A program made the translations under genes and the position numbers. This document shows, one piece after another, positions 37,643-50,744 of a DNA stretch of 64,000 bases. The notes below the pieces were generated by a model. That model saw only the letters and a list, made by a program, of their open reading frames with translations, was not told the DNA's origin and searched no databases. This DNA comes from Adineta vaga (lineage: Eukaryota; Animalia; Rotifera). The stretch spans positions 10,912,001 through 10,976,000 of the forward strand of contig CP075493.1 in NCBI GenBank assembly GCA_021613535.1, in the 5' to 3' direction. Each line of letters starts with the position of its first letter. Positions within the stretch are counted from its first letter, which is position 1.

Positions 37643-39535
37643 CTGTAATCGCAGAAAAAGTGCATTACGAACGTTTGTAACTAAATAAAACAAAGTATAA
37701 GCAAGAGAACACAAATGATTTATCGTTGCCACATAAGATTTTTTTTCAATGACGAATAATTCATCCTTTTGTTTACCTTAAATAAACTGCCATTCATCTT
37801 TCTACACTCTCAATCAACATAAAACGGTATGTAACTTATTCTTTTCTTGTTAAGAAAGAACAAAATGTGTATGGAAACATTGCAACGATATCGTATCAAA
37901 ATATATCAATACTTATTATTTATCGGCACAAGTTTAATTATCTTCCTCACGAGTGATAGATATCTTACTCACCAGTATTACATCGATAATGATCCGTCAT
38001 TTTCATCATTAGCATTCTGGGAAGATAATCGAACATTACAAACAGGACGACCGTTACCTGTACCAGTAATTACAAATGACAAAATCAATCTAACAAATTT
38101 CACATTAGTAATAGCTGCTTGCTGTCGAAATGTTGAAAAATATCTGCCTGGTTTTCAAAAGAATGTGTATGCTATTGGTTCTTTATTTCAACACTATCAT
38201 CTCTATTTGGGTGAATCTGATTCCCAAGATAATACATTGAAATTTATTCAAGATTGGGCAAACAATGATTCTAAACATGTTAGTATTTATACTGCAGGAA
38301 ATCAACGATTGCGTCTTTTACTACGTAAGTTGCTTTTCCATGTCAAAACTTTTATCTTGTAGATAAATTAATGTACACTCTTGATATTTCTGGTTCGTAG
38401 GTACTCAACGACTTGCTCATTGTCGAAATAATCTTCTTCAACGTGCTCGTACTGAAATGTCTTCATTTGATTATTATCTTGTTCTTGACGTCGATGTTAC
38501 ATCATCAGATACATTTTCAGTTAATAATTTTCTCTCAAATTTTAATTATCCATTATCATCATGGGCAGCGATGACGGCATCGCAATCAGATAGATATTAT
38601 GATATTTGGGCACTACGTACATCGCCAACAGTCACATTTGATTTTCTTGAACGTAGTCGACAAGTATCAATAGTTCCTATAGCTTGGGGATCAGTACTTA
38701 AAAACTTAATATCACGACATTTTAAAGGTATTCCACGTGATCATCCATTGATCGATGTGGAATCCGCGTTTGGAGGTGCAGCTATTTATTCAACTCGACA
38801 TTTAACTGACAAATGTGTGTATGATGGTTGGAGAAACTATGGATTATGGTTTTATCGAGAACAATGTGAACATGTTTCGTTCAATCTATGTATTAGAGAA
38901 AATGCAGGTGGAGGAAAATTTTTCATCAATCCACGATTTCGAGCTGCTTGAAAATGTTTTGTTTCAATAGTAGAAAAAACAACATACATCAATCAAACAG
39001 CGATTATCGTCTAATTCTGTTATATTTTTTTACTTTCATTTAAAATAACACACGTCAGTTTCTGTTTCACAATGTACATGCGCACACGCCACATTTTTTT
39101 GTTTACATCTACAGAAGGTTGCTGTATTAATTAACAATGGGATGTTGTAAATCATCGACTGCTGCAGTAACACCAACTGTTCAACCTTTATCGACGGAAG
39201 AATTCGATGAAAAAGATGATGCAAATTTGATGTACAGTCAATTATTCAAAGAACTCGTAGAGCAAATACCGGAGCATGATCGATTCAAAGTCATATCTTA
39301 TTGTCCTGATTTGTATACTAAAAGAAATCTATGGAATTTGATCTCTACCAAACCACAATTATTAGATCGCACAAATTTAATGAGAAGAAAAATTCAAGAT
39401 AAAAATCCCTTGTTTGCTTTGGGTCATCTTCTGTTAGAAATGCGTTCATACGATCGTGCAGAATATTTTTATTTAAAATCTCTTTCCCAACAAACGAATG
39501 ATTGGAAACGTTTATCCATTATATACAATAATTTA
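37643..39535 (+). repeat. Segmental duplication, copy 2
   Basis: Near-identical to 26108-28005. Confidence 0.95.
37865..38951 (+). CDS. Type II membrane GT-A glycosyltransferase (CAP59/CMT1-like motifs), copy 2
   Basis: Intron 38325-38400; only a few amino-acid differences from copy 1. Confidence 0.8.
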
Positions 39536-40067
39536 GCTAGAGTATATTATGAACAGGAAAAATATGATCAAGTTTTAAAATATTATCATAAAAATATGAA
39601 TCTTTTACAAAAGAATTTACCTGATGATGATCCAAATCTTAGTGTTGATTATAACAATATTGGTACTGTTTATAAAAAACAAAAAAGATTTGATTTAGCT
39701 TTACTATTCTTTCAACAAGCATTAAATCTTGGAATGAAAGCTAATCAACCCGACGAAAAATTAATTGCATTATTCTATAATAATATTGGTTTAGCTCACA
39801 ATGCTCAACAGAATTTTGCTCAAGGTCTTATTCATCATGAAAACTGTTTACAAATAAATCAAAGACTTCTACCAACTGCTCATCCATCAATTGGCATTAT
39901 CGCATCATAATTTAGCTATTTCTCTTTGTGAATTAGGTCGACTTAATGAAGCATTCGGTCATGCACAAGAAGCAGTTGCTATAACATCACAATCTTTAGC
40001 TGATGATCATCCACAACAAATTGCTCATGAAAATCTTCTAGATGAAATACAGAAAAGAATGCCATAA
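39137..40067 (+). pseudogene. N-acylated (MGCC) TPR protein copy 2, with a +1 frameshift near the 3' end
   Basis: Kinesin-light-chain-like TPRs (YNNLARVY, YNNIGTVY, YNNIGLAH). An extra G at 39893-39894 interrupts HPSI|ALSHHNLAISL...DDHP...KRMP*. It could be a sequencing error. Confidence 0.75.
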
Positions 40068-40313
40068 ATGATTGTAGGTCTTCTTCTTTTTCATCAGATC
40101 ATTGACATATTAGTCAATAAAGACTAAAAAGAAACTTATTTTCAATGATGTTATACGTGACAGAATAACTGACGATTTTTTTATATATTATTCAAGTTAA
40201 AGAAAAAAAGAAGAACAGAAGAAAAACATGCATTGTGTGTTTTTTTTTGTTGTTGCGAAATGATGTCGAAATAACATATTGTTTCATCTATCTTCATTTC
40301 GAAATTTATAACG

Positions 40314-42074
40314 ATGAGTAAAAGCACGCGATCAAAGTTAATCAAATCTAGCACATCGCTTGAATATTTACCAAATGAAATCTTCATTTCAATCTTCTCT
40401 TATCTATCTGGTGTTGATACTGTTTTAGCTTTTTCAAATCTTAATTCTCGTTTTTATTCTCTATCAAATCAATATTGTTATTTCTTTGATTTCAAATCGA
40501 TAAGTAAGACTAAACTGGATTTTATACTTACCCAACAACGAAATAAACAATTTTGGAAATCATTACAACTTTCCAACAATGAAGATGAAACACCAGGACA
40601 AATAGAATATTTTTGTCAATTATATTCATTGAGTAATATTTGTCCTCAACTGGAATCATTATCTTTATTGAATATTGAACAAATTCATAACAATGAGGAA
40701 TTATTAACTCAATTATTATTATCTTCATCAAATCTCCAATCATTAACCATCGAACCTATATGTGCAACTGTGTTGTCCAACATCAATCTTTCACAATTGA
40801 AACGATTAGTGATTCATTCATGTAAAAATATAGGATGGATGAAAGTAAGATCATCTTTATTGTAACTAAAAGAAAGCATCTATAAGAGATTTATTCAGGA
40901 CTTATCTCAGTTGGAAAATCGAATATACCATGACTAAAACTGACTGCGCTTGTCCAGAAATGTTGACATGGCCGTTGTTCTAAAGCGATTGAAAATTGTT
41001 TTTAGAGAGCAGTATGATCTTATTTCCATACAGAACTCATTTATTAATTTATCTCAATTAATAACGCTTGAAATTTATCAAAACAAACAGAAACACATAT
41101 CAATGACTCCTTCCATTGCACAAAGATGGGAACAATTAATTCATTCATTCTTCCCTCAACTTAAACATTTTCGATTCTATTTTTATGTTCGTATAATACA
41201 TGGATCAAAACCAATAACATCATCATTTTCTACACCGTTTTATCTATTGGAAAAGAAATGGTTTGTTCGTTGTGATAAATTTGATAACTATTCTTCGTAC
41301 CAATCTGATATGTTATATAATAACGAAGGAGCTGTCTATTCCTTACCGTTACTTTTTCAGCCATCTATATCTATGTGTAATGGAAATCGTGTTCTTTCAA
41401 TAGATTCAACTTTACCGAATGCTCTCAACAATGATGATTTATATTCAAATCACTTCGTCAATATAAAAAAATTAGTATTCAATGGAGATCCAAACTATTT
41501 GGATAAAAATTATAAACAAAACAATATTGTTAACTTAACTATTCAACAATCTTTTACGTCCCATACTTGGATTCAAGTATTAACTAAACTGCGTCATTTA
41601 TCACTTCATAAAAATGCACAAATGTCGACAGATATATTTCACTATTTATTAGAACATACACCAGAATTAGACTCATTAGTAATAGATAATAATCTATTAC
41701 AAAATTTGACAGATAATGGAAATCATAGTGCTATATGTCATCATTTATCAAATAAGATTCGTTATTTGAAATTTCATTCAGCTACAAATGCGTGTCAATG
41801 TTTCAATAAACATAAACTTAGTAAAATATTGCCTATATTTGCTTCAAAATGTCAACATCTATCATTATCAATTCAGTCAAAACTCGATCTTATTTGTTTT
41901 GTTTTGAAACGAATGAAACGATTGCATAGTTTACATATTCATATGACAGAAAAAGATCATCAACCAATTAACATGGAATGGTTTGATGAACAAAAAGCGA
42001 AATTCAGTTTTTCTAATTGTTTTATTGTAAAACGAGAACAAGATTATTATTTTTGGTTGACAAAAAGTTATTAA
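40314..42074 (+). pseudogene. F-box/LRR-like protein, apparently frameshifted at the start of exon 2
   Basis: F-box LEYLPNEIFISIFSYL...AFSNLNSRF. After intron 40845-40898 the frame hits TAA within 13 codons; the homolog-like sequence continues in other frames (IEYT...LTWP, LKRLKI, WEQLI...L.HFRF). Confidence 0.65.
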
Positions 42075-43316
42075 ATATTTGAATTCTGACCCAGTTGTTC
42101 TTTTGTTTTAAAAAAACAAAGAAAGTCTTGACGTTTATATTATTATAACAAAAGGAATATATTTGAAAGTATATAATTACTTTCCTCATTTTCTTTTTTC
42201 TTTATGTTCAAAAAAAAAGAATGTTTTACTCATTATTGTCATGAGAGTGGTTTCGCACAGAACATCAAGTAGTAGATGTGAGTTTGGCTGAAATATTTTC
42301 TTTGGAAAAACACAATTCTATTTTATCGTATAGCAACATTGAAGGCGGTGAGTATCTCCAGTCATCACCTACAATAAATTGGTGAAGATTAAATTTTGAA
42401 TATAAAACAATCATTATAGGCCTCAATCACATCGATAATTGAAGAAAATTAATATGGACAAGTTGTCAGAATTATTATAACTCATTCGTTGGTGAGAAGT
42501 GCTTCTACTATATTAGTTGTCCAAAAGAAACGTCTTTTATCTATCTGACAGTTATACACCATATCTTTCTAAGTTAATGATACGAGAAAAGAGAATAGCT
42601 TCGTTGATGTAGATTATTTGCATAAAATAAGTTATAATGTATTGGATAAGATATCGTTATTGTGTATAGATAAAATTGATGTCGAATTTATTTTAGAGTT
42701 CATATTTGAATAGGTTTTAAATAAAAATCCTTGTATTATGTTTTAGATTTAATCAATAGTTATAAAAATATTTTATTACGATATAGAAAGTCATCTGAAT
42801 TCGCAAAATGTATTTTAAAATAAATTTTGAGGGTGTATGCACTATAGGTAGCGACATCTGAATGTTTTGAATAGATTTGAGAAAAAATACCTGAGAAATA
42901 TTTCTTAATAAATAGTTAACAAAATTATGTATTTATCTCTTTTATTTAAGTCAAACTCAAATGTTCGATAGCGCTACAATAAACGTCTAATTTGATAGTA
43001 ACACAATTAAAATAACGTATCGTTTTATAGAACAACCATGAATATAATTAGTTAATTCTTCTTCATCGAAAAAATAAGAAAATTAGCTATATACTAAATG
43101 AAGATTTTTCTTTAGTTTTAGAGAATTTCAGAATTTTACTTTGAGTTTTACTCCATTCGCCATCAAGGATATTTTTATTTTCAATAGATGTAACTGACAG
43201 ATGAAACACGCAGTCACGCTTGATTAACACACCACAATAAGTTGTCTGAAAAAGAAAAAAATGACTCGTTTCTAAGCTAACTGTTTTAGTGTAATTTAGG
43301 CCTTGTTTAATCAAGA

Positions 43317-44497
43317 ATGTTAACAGAATATTTTGGTTCTCTGTCAAAAACAGTATATCATTATTACTCCAGTCTGAACCAAAAGTATCTCATTGTACTA
43401 ACTGCAAGTATACTTCTAATCCTCATGGTTTTTTTATTTCCATTTAAAATAAATTTCCAATCACAACCTTTATCAATCAATCCTAATATACATAAAATTC
43501 GGTCTCCTTTCTCACGCACTCTCGCATTTATTCGAATGAACATGCAACGACTCGAACGAATACAAGTATTAGAAAATTATCGACCTTTCTTTATTGATCT
43601 TCATTATTCAATACCACATTATACAAACATAACTAATTATACTATAGATGGATGGATATCTGGTGGTGAGCCATATAAAGTTGTAGCTGACACAATGCAA
43701 ATTCTTTTAAATAATTATTCGATGGTCGAAGGAGTTTTATATTTTCATTTTGATGTACGTATTCGAGTGCTTTTAATTAATTGTTGAGAAATAATCAATT
43801 ATAAATATATATATGTTTCATAGGCATGGATCAATCCTTTTCAATTTGATCGAATGAATTTCGATAGTATTTGGTTAGCTGGACAATTATCTACATATAT
43901 TTGCGGTGGAAATACGGTAGGATCAAAATGGATCTATTGGACTAATGATTCACTTCGGAGTGTACAAAATGCGAAGCGAACTATTTCGAAAGAATATCCA
44001 AATAGATTTATTACTGATGAAAATATTATGTGTGGAGGGTAAGAATATATATATGTATATATATTTATCGAGTCTTAACAGAGTTTTTGTTATTTGAAAT
44101 TTTTAGTTGGGCTGATATTTACTATATTCCTCGACGATTTTTTAGTGATTTTATTGTTTTATCAAATGTATTTAAAAAAAGTGGATCGTTTCATGAAATT
44201 GGAATACCCACAATGTTTAATATGATAGATCTTACTCATCGACCAACCCCTTTTCACACTGTTATTACACATCTTGAAGATTGTTGGGGAGGTTGTTGTG
44301 CATATGGTGCAGGAATCACTGAGATTAAAAAAAAACGATGTGGTCATAAAATGGATTTAGCAAACGGTCAGATCACAAATACATTAATAGAATTTTTGAA
44401 ATCTGAATCATCCTATCTTAATCATATCACTCCAAATAAATCCAATAATCAATCTATATGGATTAATTATATGTGGGATATGTTCAAACCGAAGTAA
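43317..44497 (+). CDS. Type II membrane glycosyltransferase-like protein (STELLO/DUF288-like motifs; 3 exons)
   Basis: Introns 43755-43823 and 44039-44106 in frame. N-terminal TM; GVLYFHFDAWINP, GWADIYYIPRRF, FHEIGIPT, CWGGCC, CGHKMDL. Confidence 0.65.
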
Positions 44498-45071
44498 ATC
44501 ACTTTATACAATTAGACATACGTGAATGAATTATTCATATTTCGTGCATTCTCAGAAACTTCATTTATATATAAAAAACAAATACTATTTTGCACTTGTT
44601 TAATCGTGGAATTAACTAGTAGTTCTTTATAATACAAAAATACAGTGATTGAAGCCGTTGATCTATTTTGTCTTCCGTGATAATTAAAATAAATTTTGTT
44701 CTTTTATTTTGTCACATTTTTCAAAATAAAGTCTGATCAGTTGAATTACGATGTAAAAGTTCATTGTTACCTTCATACAGAAGAGACGTCATAGGTGTGA
44801 AGTTTATGATTTTCGATAATCTTTGTTTTGGAAATCTACATTTCGACGATATAAGTTTTCATCAATGTGCGATAGCTCAAAACCGATGATATGATACTGA
44901 TCTGATTGTGACGACTTATAACTAGACATCTTTGAAATATGAAATCTGTCAAACAATGTATATGAAAAGGAAAAATGAAAAATACAGTAGGTTTTGTATT
45001 CAATCTTAAAATGTCTCGTGACGTCAATTCTAAGTGTCGTTAAAATATCCGTTCAACATTTGTTAGTTGTG

Positions 45072-48000
45072 TTATGCGATTGAATTCTGCATGTTTCCTT
45101 CATCGTCAATGAATGACTCACGTTGTAATTGCTGATATACAATAGAAATATTAATGAGAATATGAGATGGTATTTGATGTAGTTTTAAAATATCCGATCC
45201 GATAATAGTATTGATACAGGATTGTAAATTATCATACTCTTCGATTAATTCTTCTTTGCCTAGAGTCGAATATTTTCGAATGCTTGTAGTTAGTTTGGCC
45301 ATAGCTTCCGGTGTTTTTAAAGGACCAATTGATTTACCTTGTGCACGCTGTGTCAGTTCGATGGTAATGATGTTTGCTTGTGAATCATCTTTCCGTGAAT
45401 TATAATAATCGATAAGTTCAATTACGGACAATGTTTTGAGATCAACATTATTAAGAATTGTTGATTGTACCACGAACGTCTTCTCTTTGATGCTTGATTC
45501 ATGTTGCGTCTGTAGATTTATTTTATCTTCAATATCGTCTCTATTCTTGTATGTTTCAGAAGCGATCTTCGTTTTTGTTTCTTTATTTTTCAACTGTTTT
45601 GCTGCTTTTTTCGTATGAATAGATCGAATCACGTCGAGAACATCGTCTTCAGCCTGACAACTTGGTTCTGATGGTAATGCAGACGTACTGATAGAAGACT
45701 TTGATGCTGAATTTGTAGAATGATTGTTCGACAGCTCGGTCGTATTCGAATTATCAGCAGTATCCACAATAGTCATCTTCGATAGAAGTTTCTTCGAACG
45801 ATCCGGATTGTTTGCTATTCTTTGACAAAGATCATTTAAAGTACGAGTCAACTCAATGGATTGCTTTTTTGCTTCAATATTTCTTAACATACTCCCTTCA
45901 GTTTCAATCTGATGGATCAAAACATACAGCTCTTGAGCAAGGTCAAATCTTGTGCAAAACTGATTCAATTTTGAACAAAGCTGTGTAATATCTTCAGTCT
46001 CTTGTTTTAAGGCATTTTCAAGAAGATTTTTCGCATCTTCTTTCGAAATAATTCTCTTCTCATGGAAATTTTTCTCAGTTAAGGTTTGTTCATATTTTGT
46101 TTTAATATCATGGAGAACATCTTGTATCTTTTTCTTTCCTCTCTGAATCGTTTTTCTTGCATGATAGTGGTTCGTATACGAGCAATGACCAACACATTGA
46201 AGACAATATCCATTATGAATGGCCCAACATTGATAGAAGATTTGATCACCAATTGTCGTACTTTCATCTAATTGACAATTCTCATGACATATGTGATTAC
46301 ATTGCCGACAGAGAGTATTATTAAACGGAACATCAACAAGTTCGATTGTATCGATTTCTCGTTCTCGTGTGTAATCGCGATAAATAGTAAGATCATTGTC
46401 GCATTGTTTGGCAAGATTTTCCCATATGTTAATTTCATCTTGTAGTTTTTGAATTTGACTAATTTCTAAACGAACATTATGTAAGAGTGTCTTGATTTCA
46501 TTTCGAATATTCTTCATCATTTTAAATGCCTGAACAGATTTTGTTTGGAAAGTGTCAATAATGTTAATCATATTTTTAATGACAATCATCGACGTGTCGA
46601 ATTCAGATTGAATAGCTTTGAATGCAACCGGTGTCCAATAAGATGGATCCTGTGAGAAAGCTGAATTCTGCATATAATATGGATAGACATTACCACTCAG
46701 TTCGAGAGCATCAAGATTAAAATTTACTGTATAGCGTGTAGCGTTGGTTAGAACGACAATCACATTATTCATGATAATATCTGGCAAATTTCCACGAAGT
46801 TGACTTAGTACATGTCGTAAATTGATGGTGAGACGACTGACAGCACCATTAACGACAATCATGACGGCATTGAGCCCACCCAAGTTTTCCACCGCATTGA
46901 TTATTTTCGTAATGTTTTTGTCATCTTGTTGTGTACCTCGAGTATCAGATAGACCTGGTGTATCAATAAATAGATAGCGTTTTGAACCAACAGAAAACAA
47001 ATACTGATGACAATCGTCGGTTTTCGAATGCATCGTGTTCTGAAGATCATTTTCACAATGACTGAAGTTTTCCGTTACAGTTAGATGAAATTTAGAAGGA
47101 ATGGCTACACGAAGATTTTTCAAGGTTCCATTATAAAAATAATTGGTTAAATAGTTAATAAATGTTGATTTTCCGGATCCTGTTTCACCAATTATCAGAA
47201 CTTTGCCTATGTCACTTATATCAGTAACTTCTTGCGCGTCTTTCATTGAATATTTCTCGGATGTTGATGATAAATTCGACTCAGACGTCGATTCATTGGC
47301 AAAACTATCCTGCACTTTTTCATTATCGGCCGTCATTGTTAAATTTGTTTCGCCAATATTCTTCATATGTTTAGTGACTGTCATATTTACTATAATATCG
47401 TCTGAGGATTGCTTGTTAATAATACTCAATGATAAAAAGCCTTTCTGGAAAGAATCTCCATCATTATATAGTTTTGCACACATATCTTTCAAATTACCAA
47501 TTAATATATTCGTCTTCTGTTTAGTCTGAGTACTTTTTAGTGTTGCAGGTATGTTGTTTATTTGATCGGTAAAGACGTTCAATTCTTCACTCAGATCGAA
47601 ATCGGCACACATATACTTTAATTTCAGACATAGTTGTAGAATCTCTTTGGTATTTTGTTCTAAAGCATCATCAAGAATACAAATTGCATCTTCTTTCGTT
47701 AGAATTGTCTTTTCAGGAGATTTTAATGTACACTTGATTGTTATATCTTTGAGAAGTTCTTGTATAGATTTTTTACTTTGCTTAATTGTTTTCTTAGCAT
47801 AATAATGTTCACTATAGGGACATTTTCCAACACACTGACGACAGTGGCCATTTTTAATGACCCAACATTGTTCAATAATTTGATCACCAATAATAGTCAT
47901 CTCATCCGACTTACAATTTTCATGGCATGCTTCGTTACATTTTTGACACAGCGTACTGTAAGAAGATGTATTAATAATAGTTATTACATCTATCACGTAG

Positions 48001-49154
48001 CTTTTCATAAGATCTTCGTACGTTCCGAAGCTAATATCAGAATCATTCATTTGGATTTCACATAGATTTATCTGGTCTTGTATGCATAGTATTAGTTCCA
48101 TTTCGACACGTATGCTGTGCAATAATACTTTAAGTTGATTCCAAACTGGTCTCAGTTGTGCTCTTGTTTCTTCTGTTTCCGACGATAGTCTACCGCAGTG
48201 AACTGTTTGATTTACCAATAAGACATCAATGAAAAATTCTCGCATTTCATTATGATCGAGAATATTTAATCGATAAAAGAACTCTGTTTTCGAAATGTTA
48301 GTATTGTCTTTCTCATCATTACCATTCTTGTTGTCTTGTTTTAATTGTTCGGCAGATTCGCATCGTTGATTTTTCGCTGAAGAGTTGAAATCATTGGTCA
48401 TTCTATTAAGAAGATCGGTTAAATTACCATATAGCTTATCAAATTGTCTCTTTTCTTCGATGCAACTTAGCATGCTTTCGATGAATTTCAGCTGAACGAT
48501 CGGTATATTCGGTTCTTGATTCTGATCGAATTCTGCAGAAATATAATTTAATTTCATACACAGTTGTAGAATCTCTCTGGTATTTTGTTCTAAAGCATCA
48601 TCAAGAATACAAATTGCATCTTCTTTCGTTAGAATTGTCTTTTCAGGAGATTTTAATGTATACTTGGTTGTTATATCTTTGAGAAGTTCTTTTATAGATT
48701 TTTTACTTTGCTTAATTGTTTTCTTAGCATAATAATGATCACTAATGTGACATTTTCCAACACACTGATTACAGTGGCCATTTTTAATGACCCAACATTG
48801 TTCAATAATTTGATCACCAATAATAGTTATCTCATCGGAATTACAATTTTCATGGCATGCTTCATTACATTTTTGACACAGCGTACTATAAAAGGATGTA
48901 TCGATAAGTTTCTTTATACACATCTGATCATTGCTTATAAAGTCTATATACGTTTTATAGTCTGTAGAGGAGTCTTTTACCTGACGTATCCACTCCTCAA
49001 ATTTATTCTGCATGTCTTGAATATGATCAAGTTCAAGATGAGCATTATGTATGAGTAATTTTAACTTGTTGCGTATTGATATTAGTTTTAATGATGTTTC
49101 TGATTCTGTCAGTACACCATCGTCATTTTCATTTTCAGTGGAATTTATATTCAT
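45072..49154 (-). CDS. AIG1/septin-like P-loop GTPase paralog 1 (1360 aa): two N-terminal Cys/His coiled-coil modules, GTPase, a third module, and a helical C-terminal domain
   Basis: GETGSGKST, SKT, DTPG, VLTN, MQNSAF. Three copies of TLCxxCxxxCHxxC...C...CxxCxxxC...HY. No introns in the CDS. Confidence 0.88.
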   Translation of the reverse strand: MNINSTENENDDGVLTESETSLKLISIRNKLKLLIHNAHLELDHIQDMQNKFEEWIRQVKDSSTDYKTYIDFISNDQMCIKKLIDTSFYSTLCQKCNEACHENCNSDEITIIGDQIIEQCWVIKNGHCNQCVGKCHISDHYYAKKTIKQSKKSIKELLKDITTKYTLKSPEKTILTKEDAICILDDALEQNTREILQLCMKLNYISAEFDQNQEPNIPIVQLKFIESMLSCIEEKRQFDKLYGNLTDLLNRMTNDFNSSAKNQRCESAEQLKQDNKNGNDEKDNTNISKTEFFYRLNILDHNEMREFFIDVLLVNQTVHCGRLSSETEETRAQLRPVWNQLKVLLHSIRVEMELILCIQDQINLCEIQMNDSDISFGTYEDLMKSYVIDVITIINTSSYSTLCQKCNEACHENCKSDEMTIIGDQIIEQCWVIKNGHCRQCVGKCPYSEHYYAKKTIKQSKKSIQELLKDITIKCTLKSPEKTILTKEDAICILDDALEQNTKEILQLCLKLKYMCADFDLSEELNVFTDQINNIPATLKSTQTKQKTNILIGNLKDMCAKLYNDGDSFQKGFLSLSIINKQSSDDIIVNMTVTKHMKNIGETNLTMTADNEKVQDSFANESTSESNLSSTSEKYSMKDAQEVTDISDIGKVLIIGETGSGKSTFINYLTNYFYNGTLKNLRVAIPSKFHLTVTENFSHCENDLQNTMHSKTDDCHQYLFSVGSKRYLFIDTPGLSDTRGTQQDDKNITKIINAVENLGGLNAVMIVVNGAVSRLTINLRHVLSQLRGNLPDIIMNNVIVVLTNATRYTVNFNLDALELSGNVYPYYMQNSAFSQDPSYWTPVAFKAIQSEFDTSMIVIKNMINIIDTFQTKSVQAFKMMKNIRNEIKTLLHNVRLEISQIQKLQDEINIWENLAKQCDNDLTIYRDYTREREIDTIELVDVPFNNTLCRQCNHICHENCQLDESTTIGDQIFYQCWAIHNGYCLQCVGHCSYTNHYHARKTIQRGKKKIQDVLHDIKTKYEQTLTEKNFHEKRIISKEDAKNLLENALKQETEDITQLCSKLNQFCTRFDLAQELYVLIHQIETEGSMLRNIEAKKQSIELTRTLNDLCQRIANNPDRSKKLLSKMTIVDTADNSNTTELSNNHSTNSASKSSISTSALPSEPSCQAEDDVLDVIRSIHTKKAAKQLKNKETKTKIASETYKNRDDIEDKINLQTQHESSIKEKTFVVQSTILNNVDLKTLSVIELIDYYNSRKDDSQANIITIELTQRAQGKSIGPLKTPEAMAKLTTSIRKYSTLGKEELIEEYDNLQSCINTIIGSDILKLHQIPSHILINISIVYQQLQRESFIDDEGNMQNSIA
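47632..48900. repeat. Intragenic ~340-bp direct repeat (47632-47970 and 48562-48900)
   Basis: Near-identical DNA offset by 930 bp, encoding the duplicated Cys/His module. Confidence 0.9.
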
Positions 49155-50149
49155 TGGAACAACAGTGTGAATATTCTAGAATTTATAGTGTTAATCTAAA
49201 ATGAATAAAATTGAATGAGGAATTTATGACAATAAAAGAAAATCCTTAAAAAGTTAGTATACCGAGCAAGAAATGAAGTTTCATACTCGCTATAGTTATG
49301 TTCGCCTGTTTCATCATGCATAAAATTGTCATCTAAAGCAGAAACGTGTTAAACAATAACAGGTAAATGACTGCATGAGGCATAGAGATAAATTTTGAAA
49401 TTCACATACAGAACCGCATTCTTTTGAAAAGATGTATGTGCATGTGAAAGGAATATGATACGTGATCAAAACCATCTTTAACTAATAATTTGCACAGTAC
49501 TGAAATTCGTGTAACATAAAAGATCTTTCTCGATAGAAGACGTAACTTCAACCAATCGCGTTGTCTGTTTCTTACTATAGTATGCAGTGGTATGTTTATG
49601 CATTACTGTTTTCTTCGAGTGTTTCTAATATTTTACTCGCATATTGGTTTAGGATCGAATCTACAAGTCAAATGCTAAACATAATACTCGAAAACAATTT
49701 CAAAACATTGTTGTCATCGTCAGTATTACCTTTTCTCATAACTGAAGCAATGTTTGTCAGATGAATAATAAAATCTTGATTGTAATAGATTGTGAGTAGA
49801 GAAGCATGTGTCATACGTTTTCCAACATCATATAACAACAAATGTTTCAAGTGCATATATGCTGCGCAAACTTTTCTATCTCTGTATACTTATTCGTTCT
49901 TATCGAGTTTTTTTCGGAGAAAAACGACTTCTTAGCGTCATTTTTGCGAACATAATTTTATGTTGGTAAATTGCTAGCGAAAATGATGACATAAAACATA
50001 CGTTTCAATATTTTAACATTTGACTTATATTTATCAACCCGTGCATGATAAATCATCAGTAACTTCTATTTTACCAACATGGATTATTTATATAGAACGA
50101 AGAGAAAAAATTTTTCATTGTAACTTCATATCGAACATCTGAAACTCAG

Positions 50150-50400
50150 GTAACGTTATGATGACAGATGTATCTAGTAGATACCAATACTGTTGTTCTC
50201 ATGATTGCCAGCAGAATCGATAACGGTATCATTTGTGAATCAATATGTTCCAGTTGCCAACTCTTCACGATTAGAGTTCGTGTATATATTTGAAAAATTC
50301 CCCTGTATCTTCGATGAGATCGAAAACGATCCGACAACTTTTCAGTAACCGCCATTGAGAATATGAATAGTATACGCACTTTCATTCCATTGCGTCAAAT
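50150..50400 (-). pseudogene. Possible NHL-repeat gene remnant
   Basis: TQWNESAYTI..LNG...GN..IY...VIDSAGNH with several stops. Confidence 0.25.
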
Positions 50401-50744
50401 CTGCCTTGTTAAATTGATTTTTTAAGATTTCCGCTAACAGCATGTATTACTAGCAAATAAGAATCTTAATCAGATTAGGAGGATCATGTATATTATAATA
50501 GTCATTGATCACATTAAACATTTTCTCATCTAGTAATACCATATATTTCACTTAAGGATAACTAAATCAACACTAATTTTGATAGTATTTATGATGGTAT
50601 AGCCTATTTGATTAAAAAATATAGGAAGATAAAGTAGGAGCATCGTATTTTTTCTCGAGTATTTCATTTTTTGAAAATGTTTAATCAACAAAGATAGTAA
50701 TGTATATATCTTTTATTCTTGAATTTTTTTCTAGCGTTTCGAAT

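Noticed and set aside
45211-49058. Plus-strand ORFs inside GTPase paralog 1, and similar antisense or alternate-frame ORFs inside other genes
   Set aside because: Shadow ORFs of real CDSs with no recognisable motifs.
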